This document shows positions 9,482-18,175 of a stretch of DNA of 64,000 bases, one piece after another. The notes below the pieces were generated by a model. That model was not told where the DNA came from, ran no database searches, and saw only the letters and a program-made list of their open reading frames with translations. Within the stretch, counting starts at the first letter, position 1. Every line of letters begins with the position of its first letter. The position numbers and the translations under genes were made by a program. The stretch comes from an uncultured Actinomycetes bacterium (GTDB taxonomy: Bacteria > Actinomycetota > Acidimicrobiia > IMCC26256 > PALSA-610), in assembly GCA_963729375.1 (NCBI GenBank), contig CAVSNP010000008.1, positions 60,540-124,539 of the forward strand. The letters run 5' to 3'.

Positions 9482-10759
9482 ATGCGTCGTATTTCGGTCC
9501 TCGTTGTGCTGGGAATGGTCGCAGCGATCGCGAGCGGTTGGGGGTTCACGCCTGCTGGTGCGGTCGCGCACCCCTTGGTGTCAGTACAGCCGGCGATCGC
9601 TTCGGGACGGCTGCATTCGTGCGGGCTGTTGGCGGCGGGCACCGTGGTCTGTTGGGGAGACAACTCCTACGGGGAGCTGGGCAACGCCTCGATCGTTGAG
9701 TCGTCGGTGCCGGTGCAAGTCCACGGCGTCGGCAACGTCGGCGTGTTGAGCGGCGTCACCGCGATCACGGCCGGCAATGGCTTCTCATGCGCCCTGCTCG
9801 CGACCAAGACCGTCGACTGTTGGGGCTACGGAGGCGACGGCGAGCTGGGCGGTACTGGAAGCTCGTTGGTCCCGGTGAAGGTCCATGGAGTCGGGAACGT
9901 CGGACTCTTGACCGGCGTACGTGCCGTCACGGCGGGTAACGGGTTCGCATGCGCGTTACTCGCCAAGACCGTCGACTGCTGGGGTGCGAACACACAAGGC
10001 GAGTTAGGGATACATACCAACAAGAAGTCGGCGACGCCGGTCGCGGTCCACGGCATCGGCAACGTTGGCGTTTTGAGCGGCGTGAGGGCGATCGCTGCGG
10101 GCAGTGCCGACACGCCGTGTGCACTATTGGTCACCAAGACTGTCGCGTGCTGGGGCTCGAACACCAACGGCGAGTTGGGGAACAACACGAACGCCGGACA
10201 ATCAGTACCCGTGAATGTGCACGGCGTCGAAAACATCGGTTCTTTGGGTGACGTGACCGCGATCACCGGAGCCGGCAGCGATTCGTCCTGTGCGCTGATC
10301 GCAGGCGGAACCGTTGACTGCTGGGGCTTTGACGGCTCGTTGGGAATCAACTCGGCGGCGGGTAACTCGCTGACACCAGCACAAGTTGACGGCATCGGTG
10401 GTGTCGGCGTCCTGAACGGGGCGACCGCGATCGTCGACCGCAGCAACGTCCCGTGCGCCTTGATCACGGGCGGCACGGTTGACTGCTGGGGCTTTGGTGG
10501 CGGAGACCAACTCGGCGATGGCGCCGAGGCCGACGGGAACGTGCCCGGCCAAGTCGACGGCCTGAACGGTGGCATCCTGGAAGGAGCTACCGCGATCTCG
10601 GCCGGTCAGCTCTCGTCGTGCGCCCTCACCACGGACGGGTCCGTCGACTGCTGGGGAACCAACGGGAACGGCGAACTCGGAGACGGCAACAGCGTCATCG
10701 ACTCGGCAATCCCAGTACAAGTGCACGGCATCGCCAACGTCGGCTTCCTCACCCTGTAA
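9482..10759 (+). CDS. secreted RCC1-repeat (7-blade beta-propeller) protein
   Basis: Signal peptide 'MRRISVLVVLGMVAAIASGWG'. Seven repeats of '(V)(D/V/A)CWG.N..GELG', e.g. 'CWGDNSYGELGN', 'CWGANTQGELG', 'CWGTNGNGELGDG'. Confidence 0.85.
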   Translation: MRRISVLVVLGMVAAIASGWGFTPAGAVAHPLVSVQPAIASGRLHSCGLLAAGTVVCWGDNSYGELGNASIVESSVPVQVHGVGNVGVLSGVTAITAGNGFSCALLATKTVDCWGYGGDGELGGTGSSLVPVKVHGVGNVGLLTGVRAVTAGNGFACALLAKTVDCWGANTQGELGIHTNKKSATPVAVHGIGNVGVLSGVRAIAAGSADTPCALLVTKTVACWGSNTNGELGNNTNAGQSVPVNVHGVENIGSLGDVTAITGAGSDSSCALIAGGTVDCWGFDGSLGINSAAGNSLTPAQVDGIGGVGVLNGATAIVDRSNVPCALITGGTVDCWGFGGGDQLGDGAEADGNVPGQVDGLNGGILEGATAISAGQLSSCALTTDGSVDCWGTNGNGELGDGNSVIDSAIPVQVHGIANVGFLTL

Positions 10760-11038
10760 ACCGCCATCCCATCATCTCCCCGCACCACCTCACGCGAAAG
10801 GTACGAACGTCTCGCCTTGAACCGACAACGGCTCCGACTACCACCGCACTGATGGCACCTACTGTTGCCCATCTGAGAATCAGCGGCGATGCACGCAGAC
10901 TCGTCATCGACGTAATGGTAGATGGTCAGAACCGCGGGCCGTCCCAAACGCCGCCCACAATGCAACCCCGGCGCCGCGGATCGGGCTGATGCTCGTGATC
11001 GCGATCATCGTGACCGCACCGACTTGAGCTGAAGCGCG

Positions 11039-11632
11039 CTACAAGAAGCCGAGGCGGGAAAACGGCCATATTCGTACGAAGACGCGGCCGACGATCGCGT
11101 TCTTCGCGATTGTGCCCCACACTCTGGAATCCGACGAATCCCCGCGGTTGTCACCCATCATCCAGTAATGATCCGGTGCGATCTTCACGGGCGCGAAGTC
11201 GGAGGTGTACGTACCCTTCGGCAAGTACGGCTCCGACAGCTGCTTCCCGTCGATGAAGACGTGCCCGCCGCTGGCCGACACCGTCTCCCCCGGCAGCCCG
11301 ATCACGCGTTTCACGAGATGGGCGTAACCGGGTTCACTCCCAGGCGGAGGCGTGAAGACGATGATGTCGCCACGGTGCACGTCGTGCATCTCGTACGACA
11401 GCTTGTTGACGAGCACCCGGTCGTGAACCTTGAGCGTCGGTTCCATCGACCCCGACGGAACGAAGAACGCCTGGAACAAGAAGGTCTTGATCACCAGGGC
11501 GACGACGAGCGCGAGCACTACCAGGCCGACCCACTCGAAGGCCATCTTGACCCCGCCGCCGCGGCTGCGCTTCTCGGCCGACGGCTGCTCCGGCCCGGGC
11601 CCCTCGCCCTGTTGAGCTAGATCTACGGACAA
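11039..11632 (-). CDS. lepB: signal peptidase I
   Basis: 197 aa with a TM anchor, then catalytic 'PSGSMEPTL' (Ser box), 'KRVIGLPGE' and 'GDNRGDSSDSRVWG'. Confidence 0.9.
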   Translation of the reverse strand: MSVDLAQQGEGPGPEQPSAEKRSRGGGVKMAFEWVGLVVLALVVALVIKTFLFQAFFVPSGSMEPTLKVHDRVLVNKLSYEMHDVHRGDIIVFTPPPGSEPGYAHLVKRVIGLPGETVSASGGHVFIDGKQLSEPYLPKGTYTSDFAPVKIAPDHYWMMGDNRGDSSDSRVWGTIAKNAIVGRVFVRIWPFSRLGFL

Positions 11633-12027
11633 CAGCCGTCCTGACTGCTCGACAACGGCTCCACCGCCGTCATCATCCCATGCGCGGTCGCGCGGGAAGG
11701 GGTCAGGCCCCGGGCCGGACGAATCTGGCTCCTCGGAAAGGCGCGAGGTGTCCGGGCATCACTGTTTAATCCGGTGAACGGTCACCACCCAGACCGACGG
11801 CCCAGCCGGTACATCTCGGTACGTCCAGCTCGCGCCCGACCTCATGACAGGGAACCAGACCGACTGCGTCGTCGCACCCTGACCTCGGCGACAGGTTGTG
11901 GATCGCCCGTCGCCGGTGCGACCATCGGGCTCGTTGTCTTCGGTGCACGTCGCGATGTCGCAGTTGTGAACGATGCGTCCGGGCTGAGGCAACACTCGGG
12001 GGGCCGACCGTGAGAAGCGACCTGACC

Positions 12028-12330
12028 TCACGTCGGATTCAGGTCGTTCGCGCAGGTGTCCCGGTCTTTGTCGCTGTTTGTCCCGTCGGGACAGGTCGTG
12101 TGCGACCAAATAGCGCCGGTGAGGTTCGCTCCGGTGAGGTTCGCTCCGGTGAGGTTCGCTCCGGTGAGGTTCGCTCCGGTGAGGTTCGCTCCGGTGAGGT
12201 TCGCTCCGGTGAGGTTCGCTCAGGTGAGGTGACATGGCTGAAGTCGAGTCCGTAGAGACTTGCGCCCGTAAGGTCGGCGCCCGGGCCGATGAGGTAGTGG
12301 TGAACGAGTGACCCCGAACTATGAATGCGC
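12028..12330 (-). pseudogene. pentapeptide-repeat protein remnant (no start, frame break and TGA before the repeat block)
   Basis: The reverse complement of the 15-bp repeat reads GGA GCG AAC CTC ACC = 'GANLT' x7. It is followed by '[29 protein letters not shown]' (stop 12028-12030), a typical actinobacterial pentapeptide-protein tail. Upstream, 'GADLTGASLYGLDFSHV' lies in another frame, and a TGA replaces the first GGA. Confidence 0.55.
12116..12230. repeat. perfect 15-bp tandem repeat x7 (ccggtgaggttcgct) plus a degenerate partial 8th unit
   Basis: Direct reading: units at 12116, 12131, 12146, 12161, 12176, 12191 and 12206, all identical. 12221-12230 'caggtgaggt' is a partial copy with one substitution. 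Confidence 0.95.
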
Positions 12331-12574
12331 TCGCACTACAACGGCATCGGAAACGTCAGGCACAGGCCGCCGCCGCGTAAATCCGGGCCTCAAGCAAGTG
12401 AACGGTGAGGCGCTCCACGTTTGAGCGCGCACCCCTGCCGACCTGAACGGACAAAAGGAGCAGCGGCGACGCCGTCCGCGCTCGATGCGATCCTCCGCCA
12501 GCTCGCTCGCGCCACCGGTAGGTTGGGCACCGCGTTGGGCACCGCGTAAGTAACCGCGTTCGGCACAACGCCCG

Positions 12575-12612
12575 GCCCTCGTAGCTCAGGGGATAGAGCA
12601 TCGGTTTCCTAA
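12575..12612 (+). repeat. exact 38-nt duplicate of the 5' half of tRNA-Arg(CCT); attL-like boundary
   Basis: 'gccctcgtagctcaggggatagagcatcggtttcctaa' is identical to 15744-15781. Flanking sequence is unrelated on both sides. Confidence 0.85.
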
Positions 12613-12803
12613 CTCTTCCGAGCCGCATTCGTCGAGGGCTGCAGACGTCCTTTTCCGCCGCCAGCCTGGGCAAACGTGTCCGCTGGTATTCGTGATCAAC
12701 CGTTGTCGTACGACAGTTGGCCGTAAGTTTGGCCGTAACGCGCCTCTCAGAAGAGCGGCAAAACGTCTGGCCCGTGCCAAACCTGCGCATCATCGAGCAG
12801 TCG

Positions 12804-13622
12804 TCACTCGCTGAGTTGCCGCGCCGTATCGAGCAGCGGCGCAAGATGGCGTCGCGTCCGACGCTCGATATCTCCGAACGGCGGCACGCCACCCGGCAAG
12901 TAGTCGCCCAGCTCGTCGTCCCATCGGTCGCGATACATAGCCATGCGCCGCTCGAACGTCGCCGACCACTCTCGAGGCGGCGTTCGCTGTCGGCCTCGCC
13001 GCTCGTCGTTCTGCGCCTTCCGCAGGTAGCGATGCCATGCGTCCAGCGCATCCACGCTGCCGTTGTCGAGTAGTTCGTGTACGTCGTAGAGGTCGCGACA
13101 CTGCAGTCGCTCGGCGATGCAGCGGACCTTCTCAGCGCTGACCTCGTCGAGGGAGTAGCCGTCAATCGCCGCGTCTGCGGGAAGGTCTGGCCACCGCGGG
13201 TGCAAGGCAATGCGAATGCGCGACTCGACTAGCTCGCTGTCGGAGATGTCGAGCTTAAGCTTGCGTGGCTTGGCGCCGAGCGGCCCGATATAGGTCACCC
13301 ATGGGGTACCACCGTCCGCGTCGGTGACCTCGAGAGCGGGCATCTCCAGCCGCTGGCGGCAGGCGTCGGTCGCTGCGGCGACGAGCGCGCGTGCCTCACC
13401 GGCGGCGAGCCCATCGACGGCAGAGAAGTCGAGGTCGGCGGAGTGCCGATAGTCTTCGAAGTAGCAAAGACGCAGAAGGGTTCCACCCTTGAACACGAGA
13501 CGCGCGTCACCAACGGCACCAATTTCGGCGCAGAGGTGGGCGAGGACGTAGTCCCGCTCGATGGTTTGCGCCGGCAGGTGCTCATCGTTCGCCCGCTGAG
13601 TGACGAGGCCCTTGGCGATCAT
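12804..13622 (-). CDS. abiEii: nucleotidyltransferase AbiEii/AbiGii-family toxin (DUF1814)
   Basis: 'ERDYVLAHLCAEIG...LVFKGGTLLRLCYFEDYRHSADLDF' is the family N-terminal NTase signature. ATG 13622 overlaps the upstream stop (ATGA, 13619-13622). Confidence 0.85.
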   Translation of the reverse strand: MIAKGLVTQRANDEHLPAQTIERDYVLAHLCAEIGAVGDARLVFKGGTLLRLCYFEDYRHSADLDFSAVDGLAAGEARALVAAATDACRQRLEMPALEVTDADGGTPWVTYIGPLGAKPRKLKLDISDSELVESRIRIALHPRWPDLPADAAIDGYSLDEVSAEKVRCIAERLQCRDLYDVHELLDNGSVDALDAWHRYLRKAQNDERRGRQRTPPREWSATFERRMAMYRDRWDDELGDYLPGGVPPFGDIERRTRRHLAPLLDTARQLSE

Positions 13623-14398
13623 GCGTCGACGACTGCTTGTAGTTCGGACGCCGGATAGGGCCACGCGACGCCCCATGTCTTGTCGACCCATCCATCTTCG
13701 TCACGCGCCCTGCGATCCAGCTCGATCAGAGTGCGCCATGCGGGCGGTTCCAAGTCCCGACCAACTGGGAGTGACAGTGTCGTCGCCAGCGATCCGATAC
13801 GGCGGTATGCCGGGTCGGCCTTGATCTGACCCGCGAGGTCGCGCAATCCGACGACGCGGTGCGCCGCAACGAGAGCCTCGGCGACACGGGCTGCGCCGCC
13901 GGCAAGCGCAGGCCGAGAGGCAACGTCGAGGAGTGCACGCTCAACCGTCGCAATACGGGAGGGGCCGAGCGGCTCGGTCCCGATAAGCACAGTCGAGCCG
14001 CCTTCCCGAATAACACGCAGCGGGCGCCCGCTCAACGCCTTCTCGCGGGGCCGATACGGACTTGCCACCTGGACGGCGCGCGCTGGCCTGACCAGCAAAC
14101 CGTGATGGTCCAAGGCCGTTAGAAAACCGATGCGGTGAGGATGCCCGACGAAGACCGCTGCAACGGCCGAACCGAGGTCGTCCCACACCGCGGCCGTACC
14201 GAGCGCGCCAATCTGGCGGACGGCATACCGCCCCGCCGCCACGCGGTCGACCAGGCCGACCGTGGTCCATCGCTTCAGCAGGTTGGAGGTGGCCTGAGGC
14301 GACGTTCCCAGCTCGTGTCGAACGTCGGCGGCGCTGAACGCCGTCCGTCCCTCGTTCGCGAATCGGTCCAGCAGCTTCAACGCTCGGTCGCTTGCCAT
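13619..14398 (-). CDS. abiEi: AbiEi-family type IV antitoxin / transcriptional regulator
   Basis: Probable start ATG 14398 (MASDRALKLL). N-terminal wHTH 'FSAADVRHELGTSPQATSNLLKRWTTVGLVDRVAAGRYAV'. Positioned immediately upstream of abiEii and translationally coupled to it. Confidence 0.8.
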   Translation of the reverse strand: MASDRALKLLDRFANEGRTAFSAADVRHELGTSPQATSNLLKRWTTVGLVDRVAAGRYAVRQIGALGTAAVWDDLGSAVAAVFVGHPHRIGFLTALDHHGLLVRPARAVQVASPYRPREKALSGRPLRVIREGGSTVLIGTEPLGPSRIATVERALLDVASRPALAGGAARVAEALVAAHRVVGLRDLAGQIKADPAYRRIGSLATTLSLPVGRDLEPPAWRTLIELDRRARDEDGWVDKTWGVAWPYPASELQAVVDA

Positions 14399-14421
14399 AG
14401 TTGGCTCCAGTTCACGACTAA

Positions 14422-14478
14422 CGTGTATCTGAGACAAGTATAGCAAGAGATAGTTGTCTAAGATGGCTTAAATACACG
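14422..14478. promoter_or_regulatory. nested inverted repeats in an AT-richer leader upstream of abiEi (candidate operator)
   Basis: cgtgtat (14422-14428) pairs with atacacg (14472-14478). tctgagacaagtat (14428-14441) pairs with atagttgtctaaga (14450-14463), 12/14 complementary. The region is clearly less GC-rich than its surroundings. Confidence 0.4.
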
Positions 14479-14598
14479 CTAGACATGTATCACCGCCCAC
14501 TGCGACAACTAGCGCCCGTCGTGTCCAGACAGGCCCTCCAGCGACGCGAAGCCTTCGGCGGACAGCGCCGCGGTTGTCTCAACCGGTCACGTCCGTGC

Positions 14599-15700
14599 TC
14601 ATACAGCGCGAAGGTGCCTCGGCTCGGCTGAAGTCGTGCTTGTCAGCCACTCGCTCAGCTCGTCGCCGCCGGCCTTCATATACCGCATCGTGGTATGCAC
14701 GTTCGCGTGGTTCAACAGATTGCTTGCAATTGGTAACGGCACTCCGGCGCGCAGCAGGTTCGTCGCGCAGCTATGGCGCAGCTGGTGCGGGGCAATGTGC
14801 GGGCCGTTCACCGACCTCGTCATACGGTCGAGCCAATGGTTCAAGTGTTGTGGGTCGAGCTGGTCCGCTTCGCGAAGCGATGCTGCGACCGAACGTCGTG
14901 GTCTTCCGAGATCGGACCAGCCAATCAGAACATGTCGCCGTCGCGTGCATCGGCCCGCTCAGCGAGGAGAGGCCATAGTCGCTCGGCAGCGAGGTGTGGC
15001 AGGCGCTGCTCGAAAGTGTCCAGCATCGTCCCGATCGGAAGCGTGTCCTCACCACCGCCCTTGCGGACGAAGTTGAGCAGCTTGCGTTCACTGACGTCGA
15101 CGTTTCGTACCCGCAGCCTGGTGATCTCTTCGCGACGCAGGCCACCGAAGAACGCGAGGCCGAGCACAACTGCGTCGGCGCCGTTCAGCGCGTCCCAGAG
15201 TTTGGAGAAAGTCGTGTCCGACACCGGCCGAGGCTGGCGGTTGTGAAGCGTCGGAGTGCAAACGAGGTTCGCCGGGTTGTCGCGGACCGCGCCGATTGCT
15301 TGAAGCCAGCCGTAGAAGCCGCGCATGGTCGACGCGTCTCGGTGCAGCGTCGCGGGTGAGGCGTCGCGGGTGAGGCGATGCGACCGTGCGCTCGACCCCT
15401 TCGGAGACGTTGCAGCCATGCTTCGATTTCGGCCGTGGTGATCTGCTCGAGTCGGCGATCCTGCACGCACTCATCGACGAACGACATACACAGCCTTCGG
15501 TACATCGCGACGGTCTTCGGCGCGAGTGCCTTGGACACGGTCAGGTATTTCAACCACTCCCCAACCAGCGATACTGTCGTCGTCCGTTCCGTCGCCTTGG
15601 TCGGTCGCTCCGATGGGTGGGGATAGAAGGAAGGTTCTCTCCCCGACTCGTCTCGGCAGGTCACAGCCCTAAACACAATCGAAGGAGCGCGCAGGATCAC
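14599..15700 (-). pseudogene. tyrosine recombinase/integrase (XerC/D-like), at least 3 frameshifts
   Basis: N-terminal SAM-like part 'VGEWLKYLTVSKALAPKTVAMYRRL...ITTAEIEAWLQ' (ORF 15185-15700). Middle 'FYGWLQAIGAVRDNPANLV...GLRREEITRLRVRNVD' (ORF 14925-15470). C-terminus 'HQLRHSCATNLLRAGVPLPIASNLLNHANVHTTMRY' (ORF 14599-14844). A short connecting piece lies in the third frame. Confidence 0.75.
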
Positions 15701-15743
15701 TCCCGTTCGTTCTCTCCTCCGCCTACAACCCAGGCGGATACAG

Positions 15744-15816
15744 GCCCTCGTAGCTCAGGGGATAGAGCATCGGTTTCCTAAACCGTGTGCCGCAGGTTCG
15801 AATCCTGCCGAGGGCG
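15744..15816 (+). tRNA. tRNA-Arg (anticodon CCT)
   Basis: Hand-folded cloverleaf. Acceptor GCCCTCG/CGAGGGC. D arm GCTC-AGGGGATA-GAGC. Anticodon arm TCGGT-TTCCTAA-ACCGT (one terminal mismatch). T arm GCAGG-TTCGAAT-CCTGC. Discriminator G. No encoded CCA. Confidence 0.9.
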
Positions 15817-15917
15817 CTCTCTGACCAGGGGTTATGGACTCCAACGGGCTCCAAAGACCCGCGGGAATGGCGAATTGCCCATCCACTTGCCCATCTTTTT
15901 CGCGCCAGACTGTCGCG

Positions 15918-16864
15918 ATGCAGAGGTCGCTTCGACAGCGCGGGCAACGATCGTGGGAACTGCGCGTGCTCAACGGTCCGGTCGCGACGCGCTCACCGGT
16001 CGCAAGACCTACCTGCAGAAAAAGGGTGCACGGAACCAAGCGCGAAGCCGCGACCGAGCTCGCGCGGTTCGTCACTGAAGTCGGAGACGGCGCGCACGCA
16101 TCGACGAAAGGTTCAACGGTCGGCGAGTTGCTCGAACAGTGGTTCAGCTACAACGAAGACGACTGGTCCCCCACCGTCGTCCACACATATCGGCGGATCA
16201 TCGACCGCCACCTGATTCCGCGCTTCGGTCGTACGCCGCTTCGCCGTCTCACGACGGTCGACATCGATCTGTTCTACGCGCAGCTTCGCAAACGCGGTGG
16301 AGCAAAGGGCGGGCCACTCTCGCCGGCATCTGTGAAGCGCGTGCACGCCGTGTTGCGACGCGCGCTCACGCAATCTGTGAAGTGGGGCATGCTCACGATC
16401 AACCCCGCAGTGAACGCGTCGCCACCGCGGGAGCCCCGCCATGAAATCTCACCACCTGATCCTGCCGACGTCGCGGGGCTCATCGCGTACGCCGATGAGC
16501 ATGACCGTCCGCTCGGCTGCTTCCTTCGTCTCGCGGCGACGTCGGGCGCGCGGCTGGGAGAGTTGTGCGCGTTGCGCTGGAAGCATCTCGATCTCGAGAA
16601 GGGCGCCCTGTTCATCGAACGATCGATCGTCGAGAACGGTAAGGGTGAACTTGTCGAGAAGGACGCCAAGACCCACGAGGCGCGCCGGATGCGACGATGC
16701 TGCTTTCGGGCGGCAAGGACGTGAAGACGGTGAGCGGCCGTCTCGGTCACGCGCACGCGGGAACGACCCTCGGCATATACGCCCACTTCATCGAAGCTGC
16801 AGATGCTGACGCGGCCGACCACCTCGGGACAATCATCGACGCCGCATCGAGTAGCCGTCACTGA
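15918..16864 (+). pseudogene. phage-type tyrosine integrase with two frameshifts and an internal deletion of the catalytic core
   Basis: 'MQRSLRQRGQRSWELRV' (frame 0), then 'SGRDALTGRKTYLQKK' (frame 2), then 'VHGTKREAATELARFV...LGELCALRWKHLDL...EKDAKTHEARR'. It then jumps at ~16688 to a frame-2 tail, 'ATMLLSGGKDVKTVSGRLGHAHAGTTLGIYAH...*' (stop 16862-16864). The segment normally lying between is missing. Confidence 0.75.
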
Positions 16865-17080
16865 GAGTACGCCGGCGAAATGGCAGCCGGGGTCCGCTAT
16901 GCGGACCTGATCGCCTGCCGCGTACCCATCTACGCTCGAACCCCGATGCCGCACTCGCGATTGTTGTCTGACCCAGATCGACTGAGATACCCGTTTTGCC
17001 GTGTTCGGTGCGCGTTCTGGGGCGCGCGTGTTGCTCGGATCTCCGTGCCTTCGACGAGGACCGAACGGTTATGGCGCGGC

Positions 17081-17431
17081 TCAGTCTGTGGCGGTCCTTT
17101 CGAACTCGGCTACGAGCTTCGTGGGCGCGCGGAGTCGCCAGGAATCGGTGAGCAGCTCCCGAAGCTCCCTGGTCCCGATCGCGTCGAACCGAACAAGAAC
17201 TGTCGGATGTCCGTCGTAGTGCGAGGTTGTGAAGAATTTCTGGGGCTCCGACTTGACCATCGCGAGCTTCTCGGCTTCGTCCGACACCCACACGACAAGG
17301 GCATCGCCTTCCGGTCGAATACGAGCAAACAACTTGTCGCGCACGCGGAAGCCCGGCGTGCCGTACGAGGGCTTCTCGATCGTCGCCGGTAGCGACAACG
17401 CAACCCGACGGACATTGTCCTCGGTGATCAC
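17081..17431 (-). CDS. MmcQ/YjbR-family DNA-binding protein
   Basis: 116 aa: 'VRRVALSLPATIEKPSYGTPGFRVRDKLFARI...HYDGHPTVLVRFDAI', typical of the YjbR fold family. Confidence 0.8.
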   Translation of the reverse strand: MITEDNVRRVALSLPATIEKPSYGTPGFRVRDKLFARIRPEGDALVVWVSDEAEKLAMVKSEPQKFFTTSHYDGHPTVLVRFDAIGTRELRELLTDSWRLRAPTKLVAEFERTATD

Positions 17432-17437
17432 CGCAGC

Positions 17438-17872
17438 TCAACCAGCGGGCAGGATCGGTCGGCTCCTGCGTGCAGGGTCACTCGCGCTCATGATCCCCAC
17501 TGCGTTGCCGTCAGGGTCTGCGACGATGGCATAGCGAGCACCCCAAAACGCGTCGTACGGTGCCTGTTGACCGTGGTAGCCAGCGGACGAGAGGCGCTTG
17601 TAGAGCTCATCGACCGTCGCGCGCTCCACGACACGGAACCCGATGACCGTGCCGTTCGCACTGGCTGGCCAGCCTTGATTCCACTGACGAGCGAAGGCCT
17701 GGCTATCAAGGTCGATGTCGAAACCGCCCGGAACACACGCCTTGCGATGGTGCTCCGTCCACCCCGGATCGCTGTCGGCGATGTCCATGCCCAGCACCCG
17801 GTAGAACTCAATCATGGCGGCCATGTCGCGCACCACAACGTTGATCTGATCGAACGTGGGCCGATCCGACAT
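17438..17872 (-). CDS. VOC/glyoxalase-family protein
   Basis: Likely start ATG 17872 (MSDRPTFDQINVVVRDMAAMIEFY). C-terminal 'ARYAIVADPDGNAVGIMS' is the typical VOC beta-alpha-beta motif. Confidence 0.8.
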   Translation of the reverse strand: MSDRPTFDQINVVVRDMAAMIEFYRVLGMDIADSDPGWTEHHRKACVPGGFDIDLDSQAFARQWNQGWPASANGTVIGFRVVERATVDELYKRLSSAGYHGQQAPYDAFWGARYAIVADPDGNAVGIMSASDPARRSRPILPAG

Positions 17873-18175
17873 CTGCTCAGAATGCCCGGCAGGGGCGCCG
17901 TCTGCCAAAAGAGGCGAGGGACTCAGAAAGACGGCTCGGCAGAGCCCCAGAAAGCGGACCCCGAATCTCGCGCCGAGACTGTCACTCATCGCCGGCACCG
18001 GGCGTTCGCGGATTGTGTCCTACTTGCCCATCAGCCGCCGTCTACGCCGGCACCGATGGGCTCGAGTTATGAGCGCGTGTTCTGCTCGGTTCTGGGTTCG
18101 GAACGCGCGCGCTCAGGGGACATATGTGCGCGTCTGTGGGGCGGCCAACGGGGCGAACGGGCCGGCGGCATCGGA

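Larger units (their letters stand above)
12575..15781. mobile_element. small decayed integrative island (AbiE type IV TA + tyrosine recombinase) between direct repeats of the tRNA-Arg 5' half
   Basis: 38-nt direct repeats at both ends. The integrase pseudogene abuts the intact tRNA, and the cargo is abiEi/abiEii only. Confidence 0.6.

Noticed and set aside
12116-12230. Possible CRISPR array, given the perfectly repeated short units
   Set aside because: The units are contiguous 15-mers with no spacers. They translate as a pentapeptide repeat inside a coding remnant.
11759-12255. ORFs reading the repeat as (EPHRS)n on the minus strand or (GEVRS)n on the plus strand
   Set aside because: These are off-frame readings. 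The GANLT frame runs directly into a characteristic pentapeptide-protein C-terminal tail, which makes it the biologically sensible frame.
12356-13210. 284-aa minus-strand ORF spanning the half-tRNA
   Set aside because: It crosses the tRNA fragment and overlaps abiEii out of frame. It has no protein-like features.
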